DNA from: Antedon mediterranea | Taxonomy: Eukaryota; Animalia; Echinodermata | Reading direction: 5' to 3' | Assembly (NCBI RefSeq): GCF_964355755.1 | Contig: NC_092671.1 | Location: 7,502,001-7,566,000, forward strand | Length of the DNA stretch: 64,000 nucleotides | In this document: piece after piece, positions 1-13,279 of the stretch | How positions within the stretch are numbered: the stretch's first letter is position 1 | How the letters are laid out: each line of letters opens with the position of its first letter | The notes under the pieces: model-generated | Databases searched by the model: none | Seen by the model: only the letters and a program-made list of their open reading frames with translations | Told to the model about the DNA's origin: nothing | Made by a program: the position numbers and the translations under genes

Positions 1-13
1 TTAACACGGCATA

Positions 14-125
14 TTCTTTCTGGCCGTTTTACTTTTTTGTTTTATTAGCTTTTTGCTTATTATTTGTCTCCATAAGATCCAGCCAGTGATTGTCATTTTT
101 TCAGTGATTTGCCTTTGGATTTAGT
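14..125 (+). repeat. Dispersed repeat, copy 1 (copy 2 at ~10187-10315)
   Basis: Shared TTTCTGGC.GTTT...TTAGCTTTT...TCTCCAT..GATCCAGCCA.TGAT...TTGTCATTTTTTCAGT.ATTTGCCTTTGG. Confidence 0.75.
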
Positions 126-2017
126 TATACTTTCATATACTGTGCTTGGTTGTCGTTTGCATCAAAATGTTTGTTAAATCGTAATTTAAGACTCCTAAAC
201 TTCAAAGAGTATTTGAACAGATATTTTCTAAATTCTAATTTGTACACTAATTCTTCAAATTTACGTATAGATAGTTTTCTCTTCCAAAACTTCAATTATT
301 GTGAAAAACAACTTTTTTTTGGCATTTAAATTTAAAATTCATGTCCTGTATATTAATTTAAAGTTAAATATAGACTAGAATTTTTCTTATAAAGCTAGTA
401 ATTTAGTTCTGTGCAATACAGCACATCGTTTAATGTTTTTTTGGTGTATGAAGTCAATTTGTTATATGTTCTTTCTATACTATTTATGCTTACTAATATT
501 TCATGACTTACTTATAGATTGAGTCGTAAGTTGCTGTAGAGCATGAAACAAATCCAGTTTATCTAAGGCAGTGAATTTAACGAGGAATGTAGCACAGTAC
601 ATCAGATACCTGCGTGTCTAAACTCATTTAATTCAAATTGCAATACATTCGCTTTACACAAATGCTTCAGGAGATTAATGTAGAGAAAAAATTGAACAAC
701 TATTCATAAAATCTTCTTTGAACTAATTACCAAGATCCAGGTCCACTTGTTTTCTGGGTCAATCGGAGGTCATTCTTCAGATTAGCAATCCAAACCTCTA
801 GGTTCATTAGTTTTCTATCAGTTGTATCGATCACGTTAGGAAGCTTGTTTATCTCCCTTTCTAAATTCAAAAGATCTTTTATTTACTTAAGAATTACTGA
901 GGCATGTATGACGAGTGGCACGCCACATGTTCACGCTCATCCTTGAAATTAGAACAATTGACTTCACACTTGCGTCACTGGGCAGTATAGATTATTGATA
1001 CAATCACTGCGATATTGATACACTAGGCCACACTGGTAGAACTACAATTTCTCCAGAGATAAACTTGTAGCATGAAGTCTAAAGGCTCCTGTTGTACAGG
1101 TATCTCTCGGCTGTGACCAATCATGCAGGTTTTTATTGAAACAAAATGTACAAAGCGAATAAGTTCCTAAGTAATTTTTTTTTTTCCAATCTCGAGCCAG
1201 AAGATTTCATTGCTTTTTCTACACTATTACTAGATTAAAAAGTAGCGTAGCATGGTTTGTATTGAATTAGCACCATTATCATGTGTGCTTTTTAAAGTGT
1301 TTTTAAATTACTCTCAAATTATATACAGGGAAACAAGGAGAAATCATTGGAAAAAAATCACCATTGCTCCTGTCTAGACCTGAAAATGCTAACTATAGCA
1401 TTAAAGCATGCACATAGTACAGCACATTACAGACCTGACTCACAGCATGGGTATCAGAGGCAATACTCTTAATAAACCTTTCGCATAGCTACAATAGAAA
1501 GACCTTTGAACTTAACCGGCATGTCATTTTAGTAGAACCTGAAGGTACAATTTGAAGGGTAATGAATCCTGATGCGGTGAACAAGAAAGAAACATTTGAC
1601 TTCATCGTAATGAATTGACGCACTCGGGTCGGTGTTAATTATAAGCTTTCATTCTCTTTGTAAACAACTGTGAAATAGAGATCACTTTTGTTAAACTCTC
1701 ATAATGACGGTTTAAGTAATCATTTTTCTATACTAATTAAACTAGAATGAGGGGTTTCTGAAAGAAAAATAACGTAGGAATTTACTAATTACATTATCTT
1801 TGAAGAGTATTAACAGCTGATATGTTTATCAATTTCAAAGAACATATTGTGGGTGGAATTAAATTATGCCATTTTAAATAATGTATAGCAAAGTATTTTA
1901 TTAGTACAAATCTTTGTAGGAGACAAGTTCAAGAATATTTTTACAAGTTAAAACGTTGCTATACTTTTTAATAAGACATATATCTGAAAAAGGCTTAAAC
2001 CTCACTTTTTTTTCTAA

Positions 2018-2158
2018 TGCTCTGTCTACACTATCAAACTTTATGTGACAAAAAAATGTGATGTGCCCATGAACATGGTGGTGTCATCACTACCATATTT
2101 TGGCATATCACTACCATATTTGGGCACATCACACTAGTTTGATAGTGTAGACAGAGCT
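2018..2158 (+). mobile_element. MITE family A copy (PIF/Harbinger-type, TAA TSD)
   Basis: TIR (A/T)GCTCTGTCTACACTATCAAACT...AGTTTGATAGTGTAGACAGAGCT; TAA at 2015-2017 and 2159-2161. Confidence 0.9.
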
Positions 2159-2422
2159 TAAGTTTGTTTCATATTATCATAAATCTGAATGGTTTTGAAC
2201 TATTTACCAAGCAGACCTAGTTTAACTAAATGTGATAAGATTAAAAATTGAAAGGATTAGTAGCTGATAGAACTTTCAATCTTTAAAGTATTACTGTAGC
2301 TTATTTTATCAGATCTAATATTTGGGAGAAAAAAATAGATTTGTGAAGATTTGTTGTAGTATAAGGAAATGACATTGCTGCATCTCATAGCGCTTCCAGT
2401 TGATATTGTATGTGAGATGTAA

Positions 2423-2580
2423 AGCCTGTCTACACTATCAAACCAGTTTGACAAAAAAAGTGTGATGTGCTCAAAGATGGTAGTGATACGCCCAAATATG
2501 GTAGTGATATGACATCAGCATGTCCATAATTATGAGCACATCATGTATTTTGGTCTCATAAAGTTTGATAGTGTAGACAG
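2423..2580 (-). mobile_element. MITE family A copy, opposite orientation
   Basis: TAA+AGCCTGTCTACACTATCAAAC...AAGTTTGATAGTGTAGACAG; same internal sequence reverse-complemented. Confidence 0.85.
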
Positions 2581-3833
2581 GTAATGTTGAGATCCATGTT
2601 GCACCAACAAACTAATATTGTATTGTTTACCTGGAACTGAGGCAACTGAACAGAGATTTGACAATTTGGTGCAACTGAAAGAACTATAGTAGTGTGTGAG
2701 AGGTTCTTGTTTTGGTCGTGGTCACCATATTAGCTCAGTTTTACATTCACTAGTTCCATTTCGTTGAGTTCTTCCAGGTTGGCATACTGTACTTACCTTT
2801 CATATCTTAACTAAACTACAGTAGATCAAAATCCAACAGTATGGTCAGTGTGGCATTCAACACAACAGTGCCACAAAAAAACTTTATTTCAATTTGTTTT
2901 TCATATTTCAATTAACAGATGGACCAACGCAAGCAGTCTGATGGTTGTAGACATTGCTAGTAGCAAAAACTCTTTGCTCTATTTATACATTAAGGTTTCA
3001 TTAATTGTTTTGCGTTTGTTTGAATTATAACTTAAAATCAATGTTAACTCGATAAGTGATTTCAAACCGTGGTGGTAGGCCTACTTCTTCAGAATACACA
3101 GATACTAATGTTCAATTCTGTGTTGTTTTTTTTTCCTTCTGAAACATACATTGTAAACTATTATTAATAGCAACTTTCAGCACAGTGTGTGTAGTTGCGT
3201 CAGAGAGGTCTGTTTAATGAGCCATTAGAGGATTGGTCAATACTAGGGATAGAAAAGACATTAACGTGGCAGACTTATTGTTTAATATCATTGATTTACC
3301 TAATGTCTTTGAAGTTTGTTTTCTGATAATAACTGATATGATTTTGTTCATTTAAATAGTAATTTGATGAGGTATGGGAAATGGAAGCTCTATTATTAAT
3401 TTCTACTTAATAATCAACAACAAACAAATTGTCTTTTTCTTTTTATCATGTTTCGGTGTTATTAGAGAAGTGTGTGATTGATAATTTGATAACTACTTGG
3501 AAGTAGCTTTAGGTCAGAGAGTTAATTGGTCAGATGTTTGCCCTACTCTGATGTATTAAGTACAATTAAATTGTACTAAATAATAAGTATGGTGATTCAT
3601 TATAAACATCATGTTTTTAATGACATAGAAGTTGTAAGGCTAGTTTGAGGCAATAAGTTTAATATGCTAAATCATGTTTGCTTTGTTATTGAAAAATTAC
3701 CTTTTCTTTTGTAAACAATTATTTTGAAGTGTTTGCTCGAGTGTATAATTTTGAAAAAGAATTACTTTTTTAGTGTAAAACAGTTCCAGTAGGCTTGCCA
3801 TCAAAAACTGGTTAACATCTGGGTTTTGCATTT

Positions 3834-4500
3834 GAGCATTATTTTATTTATAATAATAAAAAGTCTAACTGTATGCTATTTTGTCCTAATATTCGTAGAA
3901 TCTATGGGGCTCCTTAAACAGTATTCGGTGATAAGGCGCTGGAGTATGTTGATCATTTTACGTACTTAGGCCATATTTTAACTTCAAATCTAAGAGATGA
4001 GGCAGATATAAACGCCAATATAGGTCTCTATTTATTAAAGGTAATGTTTTATGTAGGAAATTTTCATACTGCTCCAAATCAATCAAATGTTTTTTGTTCA
4101 GATCATATTGTATTAACATGTACTGTTCTCCTTTATGGTCTAATCATTTAAAAAAAGATATCAACCGACTTAAAGTTTGTTATAATGATGCCTTCCGGAG
4201 GTTATTGAGACAACCCAGATTTTTTAGTGCTAGGAATGTGTATGTGGAAAACAATATTCCATCATTTTATGAAAATTTGAGGATTTCGACTTACCGATTT
4301 CTTACAAGAATAATGAAAAGCGAAAACAGAATGTTAATTTGTATATATAAATATTTGTTGATGGATTCAAACATGTACTACAAATGGAGAGAGGCACTAT
4401 ATATCAATAGATAATGGTTTTGGTCCTCTCTCCTTCATTTTTTTTTGTAATGTATTATACCATATGGACAATTGTCTGAAATAAAAATTGAATTGAAATT
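3834..4500 (+). mobile_element. 5'-truncated non-LTR retrotransposon (LINE), RT C-terminus and 3' end, RTE-X-like
   Basis: Translates as ..NKKSNCMLF...LEYVDHFTYLGHILTSNLRDEADI(frameshift ~4010)RQYRSLFIKGNVLCRKFSYCSKSIKCFLFRSYCINMYCSPLW...YNDAFRRLL...SENRML; YLG motif, one stop (~3915), one frameshift; ends in AATAAA plus (ATTGA)-like tail. Includes track ORF 4094..4414. Confidence 0.85.
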
Positions 4501-7086
4501 ATCCGTCAACATAGAATCAACTAATTCAAGGCTGTAAAAACACCCGTCTACTTCTTTCTGCAAGTTTGCCCCCTATAGTAGACAAGACAATATATAGAAA
4601 CATGTTGAGGGACACACAAGCTACGGCTTTATAAGTTTCAACATCAAGTAAATCTTTAATTCAATTTTGTGTAGAATTAATAAATTTACCATAAACATTT
4701 ATTTATTGCTTGCTTGCTAGTAATTGCTTTGTTTCTAGGTTTCACTGAGATAAAAAAGTAAATTTCTAGCCCTGCTTTACTTTCTTTGAAATGTAAATCT
4801 TGTTAATGGTGATGAATTCGCTGTTGGTCTGATATTTGAAAAATTATATAAATAAAGAAATAATAAACTAAGCTATTATTAGATATTAGACACACTTCTA
4901 TATTTTTCCTCTAATTGTTATATAGAAATCACTTTGCTCCAATTCTTTCAAAGTTGTAAATTGCTTTTAGTTGATTATCAATATCAAATGTAGTTAGCTG
5001 TTTTACAATTCTGTACATGTAGCTATGGCAAATATAAACACATTTCTTTATTGCAGACCTACAAAATTAATTTACATGTAAAATATATTATTATTACAAT
5101 TTCCGTTGAATTCCAGATCCTTAATTTACTTTTTTGATCAAAGCATTTATTGTGATCAATTAGAAGAAATAGTTGGCAGGAAATCGTTAAATTTGTACTA
5201 ATATGACAGGTGAAATTTCTTTTTTCTAATCACATTGGATAATACCACTTAGAATAAGCCGCTTGTGTTTACAGTATGTATATCGACACTTCATCCATTT
5301 ATACAAATAACTAAAATTACTTTTGATTTGTATTGTAAAATAATTATCACTGATTTGAAAATATATTAAGAAATTGCAAGGAAAATGTATAAAATGAATT
5401 CAAATATACATTCATTAGTAAATAGTACAAGTCATTAAGTCAATGTAATGATATATAATCTTTCTGTCAAACAACAATATCAACATTTTGAACAAACCAC
5501 CTTTTTTCTATGTCCTTTTCATACTAATCACCAGCAGCTAAAGTTCTTTGTAAATATATAGTACATGAAAATTTTTTTGCAAATCTTATATCAGGCCAGA
5601 ACAAAAACAATCTTTTCTTCAGTATCCCCCTCCCTTTTCCATAATAATTGCCGCTTACAGTTGCACATTCCCTCATTTTTGTCGCAATAATTTCGGTGTA
5701 AAGTTTGGGCTTAATTTCAATACACTTTATTTTAATTTATCATTGATACAACTTTATGTGTAAGTCTTCTATGGATATGTGCAAGTTTCCAGAATTATCT
5801 AATGCTTTAATCTGTCAGTATATCTCAAGTAGCCCCTATTGTATGAGATGTCTTCATGCTTTGTCAAATTGAAGAACATTAGAACCTTAACATTGCAACT
5901 AATATTACAATATTTGATTTTTATTTGCCTTTTGTTTTATAGTTGTGTACAAAATCGTTTTTGAAATCATATGTTGAAAATATATTTTGATCTAGTGAAT
6001 TTCACTATTTAATCATTCATACAGTATTGACAAGTAACTTAAGAATCTATTACCATTCCTGATATCCAATTACAGATTGAGGAAACAAAATTGAAAAATC
6101 TTGTTATCCATAATAATTTGGATTACATAAGATGTAGTACTTCAAATCTTGAATCTTTTTAATCTCATCAGTCCAGCGATCTTCACATCTATAATCCTCT
6201 TACTCATAAAAATTTGAATTATGACATTATTTGTGAAAGAACACGACTTACTATTGCACCGCAGCTTAGGAATAAACAAGTTATTTAAGCTCTTTACGAG
6301 TTTGGTTTTCTCTCTCTGCACTATTCATAGCATTGAATGTCAAACTGTAGATTTCCAATTAAGCAATTGTGATTTCTGGTGGCTTATTTGTTCAATTGAA
6401 TTATCCTGGGTAAAATAATTATTGTGTTCTCTAAGGGGTTATAGAGTCATTAATTTTGCTTCTGGGGTTAGCCTTTACTACAATCAGTAGACTCTTAATG
6501 AGCTCATTTGCATACGCAGTAATGACTTTAAACTATACGATATCAGCGAGATGTGATAAGTTTTAAATAGATGGTTAAGTCAAATATGCTTGTCCTAATG
6601 CTCATAATTCCTTTTGAAACGTAGATTCCATGTATACTGTAAATAAATCTATCAAGTCCTTTATTATTCATACTTATTTTTCACAAAAATACAATTAAAT
6701 TGTGTTATAGTACTGTCATACCTAGAAAAATTAATTTCTACATACATTCCTACCTATACTTTCACAAAAGCAAAAACACTTTAATTTGTGAAGAAAAAAA
6801 TAGTTCTTCCATGAACCATAATGTGACATTTAAAATGTTATTTACGGTAAGTAGAAATTTAAGGATAGTGTATTACAAAAAATAGAGTTAACGTAATTTA
6901 TTTATATTATAAAAACAATGTCTTTCCCAGTAAATTGTTTATATAAGGTTGTAATAATTAAGGTTGTAATAATTAAGTTTCTGTAAATATTAGTATTAAT
7001 TAGTAAAATTCCACTTTGATGATATATTTTTAATAGGCCTATGGCACAGATTTTCCACTATGTGCTCCATCAAAATAATTTCTTAA

Positions 7087-7416
7087 AGATGTATTGTCCC
7101 CCAAAAACATGAAAAATTTAGAATAATTAAATCAGACTTTGAATATGTTATTTTGTAGTTTTGATAAAATTAATCACTTCCATAGAAAAAAAAAACCCCA
7201 AAAATAATGTTTTCACTTGTAAAATGACCAAATAAATGGTTAAATTCAACCAAAAATCCATTGGCTGGCAGCCAATTTGACAATTTTTTGCTTTGAATTA
7301 CATTTTTTAGGTAAATACAATTTTAGGTCAAACTGAATAACTATTATGATACATTAAAATGGAATATTGAACAAACAATTTGTTAAGAATAATTTTTTCA
7401 GGGGGACAATACATCT
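7087..7416. mobile_element. 330-bp non-autonomous DNA transposon with TTAA TSD (Kolobok-type termini)
   Basis: TTAA|AGATGTATTGTCCCCC ... GGGGGACAATACATCT|TTAA, perfect 16-bp TIR; purine-purine start fits Kolobok rather than piggyBac (CCY). Confidence 0.85.
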
Positions 7417-10186
7417 TTAACTGACCAGCCAACGTCAGATTTGTATGAATTTGTCATCTGTGAAGTCAACCTAATATAATATATTATGCAGAGCTCATAG
7501 TTTTCCTAATCGTGCAAACTCATCCACGGCCAAAAATTGATCTGATATGAATTTGAATTCAATATTTATAAATTATGATGACGACATAATTGTCCAATAT
7601 TGAATACCAACAAAATACATTATCAAAACTAGTCAATGTATTTAACTTTTTGAAATATTATTAAGAGAAAGTATATAACAGGTGATTGTTCTGTGATTGG
7701 AGGATTTGAATCACATGATTAAAGGATTGTATTATGAGAAAGACAGCTGTTAATTGGTGTTATGTAATAATGAGTCCTTCTAATGATCATTATTTTGATG
7801 TGTGACTATTGTTTGAGAATCTATGATCTGTCGCACTTCTGCACAAGACAACATTGTCAAGACATTTGATTGTTTAATTCAAGATTGCTGGATAGATTTT
7901 TTATATTTAGGAAGAAGTTTGTAAGTACTATAGGTATATTATACTGTTTAATGATATATGTTACCAATACTAGGTGTATTAATATCATGTTTAATGATAT
8001 ATGTTATTTATCAATTATAATGAACTTTGACCAAACTATAATTGAAAGAAAATTAGCTCATTTGTCTGAAAATCAATGGGTTTCTTGTTTAATGTATTTA
8101 TTTATTTTTTTGGCTTATTCAAAGTTTGATTTTATTTGTATTTTCATCTTTAATTGACTGTCCAAGAAGAACTATGTTCTATTTTTAAAAACATGTCATT
8201 GTTTTCAAACTTTTTGATTGAAATTTATTATTTTCATCTTTTATTTTATCCATACATTTTTTTTATCAAAGAAAATGTGTAAAGTTTTTAAAATGTTACT
8301 TATTTACTTCCGGACAGGAAGTTTTGCACATTTCAAAGTTAATCAAAACTAGGCTCTGATGTTAGCCTGAAGCTTACATTCTTGGCACCTTTCTAACGCG
8401 CGTACTGTGGTAAGTCACTATGCTAACATGTCGAGGAAGTGATCAATCGTTTAATATAAACTGACATCAGAACTTAAACTTAGATCGATCACAATTTGCT
8501 GATTTGTATCAAACTTCAATATTTCAATTCATTTTTTTTTATCTACATGTATTTTTTGTAATATTGACCTAATTGTATTTCCTTTTCTGAACTATGTTCA
8601 TTTCCTAAAGTAAAAATAGCCAACTTGCCCTATTTACCGATAGAGACTAAATATTAATGAAAATAGCGATAAATTTGTTTAAACGATGGAAGAGTTCTTC
8701 TTGATGATTGGCCCAGCTAATTGCATCCTATCAAGAAGGAAACAAAATATATTTTACCTCCTTAAGCGCCTTTTACACCTGCAATGTTCAGCTTCCCACA
8801 TGTAGCTGTGTGGCACTTTGTGAAAACGAAAATTCGCTATTGCTGTACACACAAACCTGCAGCCAGACCAGAACAGGTGTTACCTCAACTTTCATTGCTA
8901 AGAAAACCTGTAATTTTTTCCCATGTATGCTATAACTTAGGCCTACTACTATAAAATAATATCAGAAAACAATGCATATATGTTACCCGTTTCCTCAAGT
9001 GTAATGTTTCTGTGCGGAATAATGATACATACACATTTGTCAGAAACATAGAAATCAAATGTCTTGACCTCTGAACTTTTTTTGTCCTAAATAAATCTCA
9101 TAATAGGCCCTGAAGGCAGAAGAATGGTTATCAGTACACTAGTTCTAAATAGTGATGATGCAAATTGGAAAAATGGCACAGGCTAAGAACATCACATACT
9201 TTTAGAATATCCGAACATTTTCTGCTTTCAGTTGTGTATCAAAAAAGACAATTTTGATGGAGTAGATCGAAATTGTCATTTTAACATGATGTTGTCACAT
9301 TGAAGCTGTAGAAGTTAGTTATCGTAAGAACACAGGTCAAGAACATGTTCTATAATTTTTACCTGACAGATGTTTTTAGTCTTAATTTACAAACATTAGA
9401 GGAAACATCATCACAGAAAAGATAAATTCTTTGATTGACCGGATAACTAAAACGATTTAAATGCAAGGAAATTATTTTATCTATTAAGTAAAAATCTTTA
9501 TGAAAATGCTAGGCTTAAGTTTCATTTTCTTGTACATTTTAGCTCCCTAACGTTTTAACTGTTTATTATTATTTCTTTTCCGCAAGTTATTCAATTCTGT
9601 ATTGAAGAAATAAGTGGTTGAATATTGCATTACAATCATATTCTTAGCATCAGAAATTGAAACAAAAATAAATATATTATGTGCCTAAAATGGTTGAAAA
9701 CACTGTTATAATGTTGTATCCAATATTCAGAATGTGTAAGGAAGCATTTGAGAGAGTTTCACTATCGCATTGAGACCAATGTTAATATGCGCTACATAAA
9801 TCAAAATAACCTTTAACCTTTCAAGCATTCGCACGTAGAACATTATCGTTAGAGTAGAGATCTATATAATTTTTTAAAAGATGTGATTGCTTCCACCAAC
9901 GCTATAATACGTGCAACACAAAAGGATATCAGTTTGAAATGAAAATCAGGTCAAAGGTGAACTATTCGTTGCGATCAACATTTTAAAAGTTGTAATTTTT
10001 CATACTATTTTATGTTTGTATTTGTTTATTTGTTTCTATTGAGTGAATTTTTGATATTTATACGTTGTTTCTAATATACATGATTTTTATTTTCATAAAA
10101 TGAGCAAAGGTTTTTGCGTTGAGTTATTCAACCAACATTGTAAATTAAATAAATTGCAAAAAATATACCGTATATATATATACATC

Positions 10187-10315
10187 TCTTTTCTGGCTGT
10201 TTACTATATCATTTTGATTTAGCTTTTCGCTTTTTTTTGTGTATCTCCATTGAGATCCAGCCACTGATACCCACAGCATTGTCATTTTTTTTCAGTAATT
10301 TGCCTTTGGGTTTTA
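10187..10315 (+). repeat. Dispersed repeat, copy 2 (copy 1 at ~14-125)
   Basis: Same shared sequence as copy 1. Confidence 0.75.
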
Positions 10316-10888
10316 AATATATATAAATTAATAAAAGATGTTTTAGATTTGTTGTTGAATTAAAGGTTGAAAATCAATTACATAAATAGCTATATATATA
10401 ATTTTATAGATATAAATGATAAATTTATGTCAAGTAATAACATTCAAATAATGTATTTAAAGTTTCTTCTCTCAAAATTGTGGCGATCAATGTGTCGCCA
10501 TATGTACATCTCTTTGATAGAACCTGTTAATTTATCTATTTATGATGTTGTATACCGTACAATAAAGAGGAAATGTTCATTCCACAGACGTTTTAACCAC
10601 TTAGCCAGCCCTCAAATATATTGACTTCATCTGATACTAGAGTTTATATATGAATTTGATAAATTAAAGCCGTATTTAAAACCTTTTCGCAGTTCACAAG
10701 TCTGTAGGCTGACAGAGAGAGCGCCACATGCCTATCGACTTTAGCTGACATCCATTCAATAGGGGATCATTCAAAAACTGTGATTTAATTTATCAAGCTC
10801 TAGTAGTCATTAACGATTACAGACACACTCAATAATCAATAATCAGTGTGGAGTGACTGATTTACTGGCATACAGCTTTGTCACTGCA

Positions 10889-10994
10889 TATAAACCCACT
10901 TTTTTGTTTCATTTACTAGTTCACTCGTTCCAAGAAGCACATCAGGGAAAAAAAATAAAACTAGCTGAAAGGAATTGCGCTTAAACCCTACAAG
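10889..10994 (+). promoter_or_regulatory. Candidate TATA promoter and ~75-nt non-coding first exon of the PCBP gene
   Basis: TATAAA at 10889-10894; Inr-like TAGTTCACT ~28-30 nt downstream; then CAAG|GTAATT donor at 10994/10995 followed by strongly T-rich intron-like sequence. The first coding exon has an acceptor, so an upstream exon must exist. Confidence 0.4.
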
Positions 10995-13279
10995 GTAATT
11001 TTATTTCTTTTGTTTATAATTTTGTACTTGCTTTGCTTTGTTTTTATGTTGTGTTCAATTTGTAACTTTTAATTTTAATTAGTATAAAAATAAATTTGAT
11101 ACTACTGTAATTTCGGTATTAAAATGAGTTTGGCTACTACTAATAATAATTTAGCGTTAAAATTACTTAAATGTTTATACTGTCTACAATTGACAAATAA
11201 ATTTAACTTATTTACAGTTACCAATTACAGGGTTAAATTAGTTTAATAATTTTTAGGTATAACTTTTTTTACACTTTTTTTTTTATTGTATTCTTAAATT
11301 CTAACTTTCTGCATTTGAAACAGATTTGCAAAACATGTTTTTAAATAAGTAGATAGGACAAATAATCTTTGATAAAACAAATGAATTTGCAGTATTATTT
11401 CAAATTCATAAAGTTAATATTTGTTGTAACTGCAAGAGAATTTCTTTCTCTGGTATATTAAACTTTTAATCATTAAAACTGTTTATAGAGTTTAAAAATA
11501 TTACCATTCAATATATTTCTGATAATGGCAAATTATGTTTCTAACTGCATTGCATAAAAGCAAGTACATTATTTATAACCAAGGTTGGCCTATTTTATAT
11601 CTTCCTTGCTTAATGATTATAACTTAAAATAGATAATTCATATCTTATTTTGTGTTTCCTTTTGATAAACCATCAATTTGATCAAACACTTTTCAAATTG
11701 TCAAATTGTAATGAATGTTGATTCCTAAGAAAAAGTAATCTTATGTTTGAATATTTTTTTAATGTTTTTTTTCTCTCAGAATTGATGTGAATTATGTAGC
11801 GAATTGTGGGTTGTACTGTGAAAAAATTAGTACAGAGTTTTATAACATTATTTCTATTTTAAGCTTATTTTTTGTTTTGATATTAAAATATGTTTAGCAG
11901 TTTAGGTTAGTGTAGATAAATAGAGGGGTTTTAGCGAAATAATTAATTTTTTCTATATTTTATTTCTATCCCCTTTGATCTATTTCCATAGTCAAAAATA
12001 TGTAATTGCATGGTTAACAATTGATCACAAAAATAACCAAAAACTGAAAAACTATGCTAATCATATATTGACATCAATGGTTTCAATGTCTTGTCCATCA
12101 TAAACTGATCAATATTAAGTGCATGGGTCATTTTAGTTTAATGAGTGAATGACCAGTGACAATAATATCCACTGGTCATTATTTTCGTCCACTCTTCTAA
12201 TCAGACTTGATATGTGTCTTCTTCTCAGTGTCTCCTCTGTATTAATGTTTTCTGTCAGCTTTGTGCCTCAAGACATGATTTTCAAGTTGATTTAATAATT
12301 GACTGTTTAATGGAGGAAGCTTTTCAATGATAAAAAATGCATTTGATGATGATAAGTGATTCGTATAGATACACATCTTACTCTTGGTTTCTGTACAATT
12401 TATCAATATAGTTTGGAAATATGCATCAGTTGTATTTCTTTAAATACTTGAATAAGTTTAATTGTGACATTTTTTTAAACAGAAAGTAGGTGTGTTATAA
12501 ATTTTAAATTTTTTTTTCGGTGAACGGAATGACACTCCAATCTGCAGACAGTACTATATCTTTCAACTCATACAAATTTATTTGTAAATTAATTAACAGC
12601 TACAGTATACTTTTATTAAAATTATATTATTTCAGTCTTTAGTTTCTGATATTTCTATAAATTTTATCTAGAACAATTTTAATATAATACATATCAACTT
12701 CACTATTCAAATTTGAAATATTTCTTTCTTCAAATAACTTCATCTTCATATAAACAAACATCAACAAACTAAAGTAAAATTTAAATCAAAAGTTATATAG
12801 GACTGTGTATTGTATATAAAGCAATTGTAAAGTTAGAAATGTATTGCTAAATTCAATATCGTAAATAATTCTTTCAGTTAGATTAAACTGTGAGTAAACA
12901 CGTACACACAATTTCTCCTTATGGAACGCCAAACCCAAGATGACTCCATTACCAGAAGATGTTCAGACAATTCATTACAGCATCTGCTAATTGCCGGCCC
13001 TTGCGGCAAATGACCGATCTATCACGCGCCCTTTATTTAGAGCTGCTTATTTTAACAAAAACATTCCATAACATGGCAATAGTAGAAACAGTAAAATTAG
13101 AACAAAATCTGTCAACGTGGTAATATTGAGAAATAAACATAAGAGCACATTATCCATCTTCCGGATATGTACAAAATTAGACGGAAATTAGTTATTGGCA
13201 ACATAGGTGTAAAATACATTGCCAGGTGGAAATAAAAGAGAAAAAAAGTTTATTGATAAAACAAATTACAGGTCTCTAA

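Noticed and set aside
2631-2816. Minus-strand exon-like segments (2631-2674 with ttctttcag/gtaaac; donor AG|GTAAGT near 2797)
   Set aside because: Good-looking splice signals but no recognisable protein or partner exons; expected by chance in 64 kb.
4094-4414. Independent host gene
   Set aside because: It is the C-terminal part of a disrupted LINE reverse-transcriptase ORF with an upstream stop and frameshift.
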